The notes under the pieces were generated by a model that saw only the letters and a program-made list of their open reading frames with translations, did no database searches and was not told the DNA's origin. A stretch of 10,550 bases of DNA, taken from assembly GCA_038858525.1 (NCBI GenBank), contig JAWCFL010000054.1:1-10550 (forward strand). The letters run 5' to 3'. This DNA is from Candidatus Jordarchaeales archaeon. Its GTDB lineage: Archaea; Asgardarchaeota; Jordiarchaeia; Jordiarchaeales; Freyrarchaeaceae. Shown here one piece after another: positions 8,322 through 10,550 of the stretch (the first letter of the stretch is position 1; each line of letters begins with the position of its first letter). A program made the translations under genes and the position numbers.

Positions 8322-8957
8322 TTACTCTTTTTCTCCCGTCTTTTCCTCTTCTTCGTCAAGCTCTCTTCTGGCTTTTTCCAGCTCCTCTAGGAGTTGGCTC
8401 TTCTCCGGTACTGGTGTCTCTGAAGGCACCTCTGGCTCTTTGACTCCCTCAAGCGCTATCTCCGCCTCAAGCCTATCAAGCTCGGCTGAAACGTCTATCC
8501 CCTCCATGCCCGTGCTCAATGGAGACGAGAGCAGCTCACCGCTCCTGTCTATTTCCTCCATCATCTGCTCGTGCCGCACCGTCATCTCCATTATGTCGTC
8601 CGAGCTTGCAAGCTTCATGGCGCTCTCCATAAGCTTACCCGCAGCCTCAACGCTCTCCTTAACCTGAACTATGTCATGGGCCTGCTCTATAGCGAAGAGG
8701 CGTGCCTCAAGGTTCTCTATGAACCCCGCATACCTGTTGAGCGCGCCAAGGTAAAAGTGGTATCTTCTCAGGGCGAGCTCAGCCCCCTTCCTGTTCCCTG
8801 CTTTAAGGTAAGCCTTAGCGGTCTCTCTAGCCCTCGCAGCCTGTTGCTCGTACCTCTTCGACTTCACGATCAAACTATTAATGGTAGCCCTTATCTCGCT
8901 GATCGCCTGATCCTTCGTCTTGGGCTTCTTGCCAAACAACTTATCCTTAAAGCTCAT
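8322..8957 (-). CDS. ESCRT-III subunit, Snf7/Vps20/Vps32 (CHMP4/6-like) class
   Basis: 211 aa with an amphipathic N-terminus MSFKDKLFG, a basic helical hairpin (AKAYLKAGNRKGAELALRR), an acidic C-terminal half, D(V)SAELDRLEAE helix 5 and a Pro-rich EPEVPSETPVP MIM2-like motif. Confidence 0.88.
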   Translation of the reverse strand: MSFKDKLFGKKPKTKDQAISEIRATINSLIVKSKRYEQQAARARETAKAYLKAGNRKGAELALRRYHFYLGALNRYAGFIENLEARLFAIEQAHDIVQVKESVEAAGKLMESAMKLASSDDIMEMTVRHEQMMEEIDRSGELLSSPLSTGMEGIDVSAELDRLEAEIALEGVKEPEVPSETPVPEKSQLLEELEKARRELDEEEEKTGEKE

Positions 8958-8966
8958 CCGGAAGCG

Positions 8967-9040
8967 CCTCCCTCAACACTAGAATGCACGCCGCAAGTTA
9001 TTAAACCTCTCCCTTAAGGCATCAAGCTTAAGGCATCAAG
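8967..9040 (-). promoter_or_regulatory. ESCRT-III promoter: SD, TATA and an upstream 14-bp tandem repeat
   Basis: GGAGG (minus strand, 8967-8971), TTTAATAA (minus strand, 8998-9005) and CTTAAGGCATCAAG twice (9013-9026, 9027-9040). Confidence 0.55.
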
Positions 9041-9219
9041 CCCACAGCACCCACCAGCAGCTCCCAGAGTGGCGCCGCGAAACAGTCCCTAAATAAAAAC
9101 CCGCCTGGTTTAGCAGGGGTAGCCTTCAGAACACATGAAATAGAATCGCAATAGCGTTCCCCCTAAAGGCTGACGGCTCATCCGAGAGAAATCCAACGAC
9201 GAACCACCACGCAACCGCT

Positions 9220-9245
9220 AAAAAACCAAACTGAAAGGAAAAAAA
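9220..9245 (-). terminator. Oligo-T terminator of the HerA-like gene
   Basis: T7 and T6 tracts on the minus strand (plus-strand A runs 9239-9245 and 9220-9225) just after the stop at 9257. Confidence 0.5.
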
Positions 9246-9256
9246 TCGCACCCATT

Positions 9257-10549
9257 TCACCTTTGCAGTGCTCTCTTAAGCTCCTCTATTTTTCTGAACG
9301 CCTTCCTCTTAAGGAAGAGGTATTCCTCTTCAGTCATCCTACCAAGCGAATAGTACTCGTGGAGGCTCTGAAGGTACTTCTGGATCCGCTGGATCTTGGC
9401 TGCCGCCTCCTCCGGCGAGATAGCCTCCTCAGCCCCCCCAACCTTTCCCTCCTCCACCTTCACCTCCTCTCCAGCCTCCTTCACCTCCTCTCCAGCCTCC
9501 TTCACCTCCTCAACTCTCCCCTCCTTCTCAGGGAGTCTCTTCTCGGGCTTCCGCCTTGATGGGGGAGGCGCCCACTCAGCAACTCCAGCCTCACGCAGAG
9601 TGCTCTCTAAGGCGTCCTTCACCTTCGCTGCGGCATCCCTACTTGAGGCTGCTACCTCCACGGCGACCAGCGTAGCGTCGCCGCCCAGCGCCAAGGCTAC
9701 AGCCAGCTTTACGTCGCTCCTCTCCGCTATTACCACAAGCTCCTCTCCACTATGCTCTGACAGGGTCCACCCCTGAGCCTTCAGCGTTTCCTTTAACTTG
9801 CCCAGAACCTTTCCGGGGCTCGCCTTTACAGCTATCTGTAAACCCGTGGTCTCCACTCTTGGCGACTGGTAGATATACTCGTAGAACCTATACTTTACAA
9901 GTCTCGAAAGATAGTCGAGTGCCAAGTCTTGTGGAGCATCGATGACAGCCAACGCCGGCTCCTCAACGAGAGCCACACTGCTAATGGACGACGCTACCGC
10001 TGGGGCTTCCCTTGCTTGCTCAACAGTTTCTCCTACCGCTGGGGCTTCCTCAGTAACGCCCTCCTCTTTTTCCGTCTTCAAGCGGGGTGTTACCTCCCTC
10101 CCTGCATGCCTGCTCAGCCGGGGCCTAACCTTAACTGCGAAGGTTCTCCCCGTCTCCACCGTCCCGTCAGAGACGAGCGCGACACCAGCCGGGAGCTTGC
10201 GCACGGCGTCACCTGCGAGCTCACCTGGAACAGTGTTTGGCGCCCTCCTAGTGAACGCTTCTATGTCTAACTCGAAGACGAGCCGGTGCGCTAAGACCAC
10301 GTCCACCTGTGACAGGACTTGGTCACTGGTGGCTGATGGTTGCTGCGTCGCCAGAACTAAGGCGCAGCCCGGCATCCTTCCAAGCTTCGCGTACTCTATT
10401 AGCGGCTTCGATGCTGCAGTTTCGCCTTTCGCCGGAACTAGGACGTGTGCCTCATCCACCATTAGCCACGTGACGGGAATGTCGCCCCCCTCTACTCCCC
10501 CCGCTTTCTCAGCCCTCGCCTGCTTCATCCTCCTCTCCAGTATCCTCCT
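9257..10549 (-). CDS. HerA/FtsK/VirB4-superfamily P-loop ATPase (DUF87-like) with C-terminal extension; 5'-truncated by window edge
   Basis: The frame is open to the window edge (RRILERRMKQ...). It has Walker B WLMVDEAH, KLGRMPGCALVLATQQPS and VLSQVDVVLAHRL, typical of HerA-like ATPases. Walker A lies outside the window. Confidence 0.85.
   Translation of the reverse strand, partial: RRILERRMKQARAEKAGGVEGGDIPVTWLMVDEAHVLVPAKGETAASKPLIEYAKLGRMPGCALVLATQQPSATSDQVLSQVDVVLAHRLVFELDIEAFTRRAPNTVPGELAGDAVRKLPAGVALVSDGTVETGRTFAVKVRPRLSRHAGREVTPRLKTEKEEGVTEEAPAVGETVEQAREAPAVASSISSVALVEEPALAVIDAPQDLALDYLSRLVKYRFYEYIYQSPRVETTGLQIAVKASPGKVLGKLKETLKAQGWTLSEHSGEELVVIAERSDVKLAVALALGGDATLVAVEVAASSRDAAAKVKDALESTLREAGVAEWAPPPSRRKPEKRLPEKEGRVEEVKEAGEEVKEAGEEVKVEEGKVGGAEEAISPEEAAAKIQRIQKYLQSLHEYYSLGRMTEEEYLFLKRKAFRKIEELKRALQR
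9457..9511. repeat. In-frame 21-bp tandem repeat (2.6 copies) encoding EEVKEAG
   Basis: CCTTCACCTCCTCTCCAGCCT at 9457-9477 and 9478-9498, with a partial copy at 9499-9511. Confidence 0.92.
9994..10049. repeat. 17-bp direct repeat encoding EAPAV twice in a linker
   Basis: CTACCGCTGGGGCTTCC at 9994-10010 and 10033-10049 (offset 39 nt, in frame). Confidence 0.85.
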
Positions 10550-10550
10550 C

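Noticed and set aside
9125-9185. Minus-strand GGATGAG...CTGA segment considered as a box C/D sRNA
   Set aside because: Poor C box and no internal D'/C' boxes.
9013-9511. Short tandem repeats considered as a CRISPR array
   Set aside because: The repeats are directly adjacent without unique spacers, and no cas genes are present.
8302-10270. Plus-strand ORFs antisense to the ESCRT-III and HerA-like genes
   Set aside because: Ser/Leu/Phe-rich mirrors of Glu/Lys-rich sense proteins.

Overview
Archaeal chromosomal window, most likely from an Asgard archaeon (inferred from a eukaryote-like Snf7/CHMP4-type ESCRT-III and a TSG101-like steadiness-box protein; not verified by search). From left to right it holds: the 3' part of an IS200/IS605-family tnpB with a structured right end (putative omegaRNA), rpl40e, a 4xCBS protein, cdc48/VAT, rps17e with an acidic tail, aIF1/SUI1, a divergent proteasome alpha subunit, a ~484-aa multidomain protein (Cys-rich Zn region, helical region, PH/GLUE-like domain, Pro-rich linker, Vps23-like steadiness box), a convergent Snf7-type ESCRT-III gene, and the 3' part of a HerA/FtsK-like ATPase with extra C-terminal modules ending in a second steadiness-box/SHOCT-like hairpin. 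The best candidate for an undescribed system is the right-hand three-gene ESCRT-like module (6768-10550), which has no Vps4 or ESCRT-II gene within the window. Also notable are a perfect 74-bp duplication between the two Walker A regions of cdc48 and a D-to-H change at the TnpB RuvC-III position. All family assignments come from manual motif reading, and comparisons with human proteins use sequences recalled from memory.
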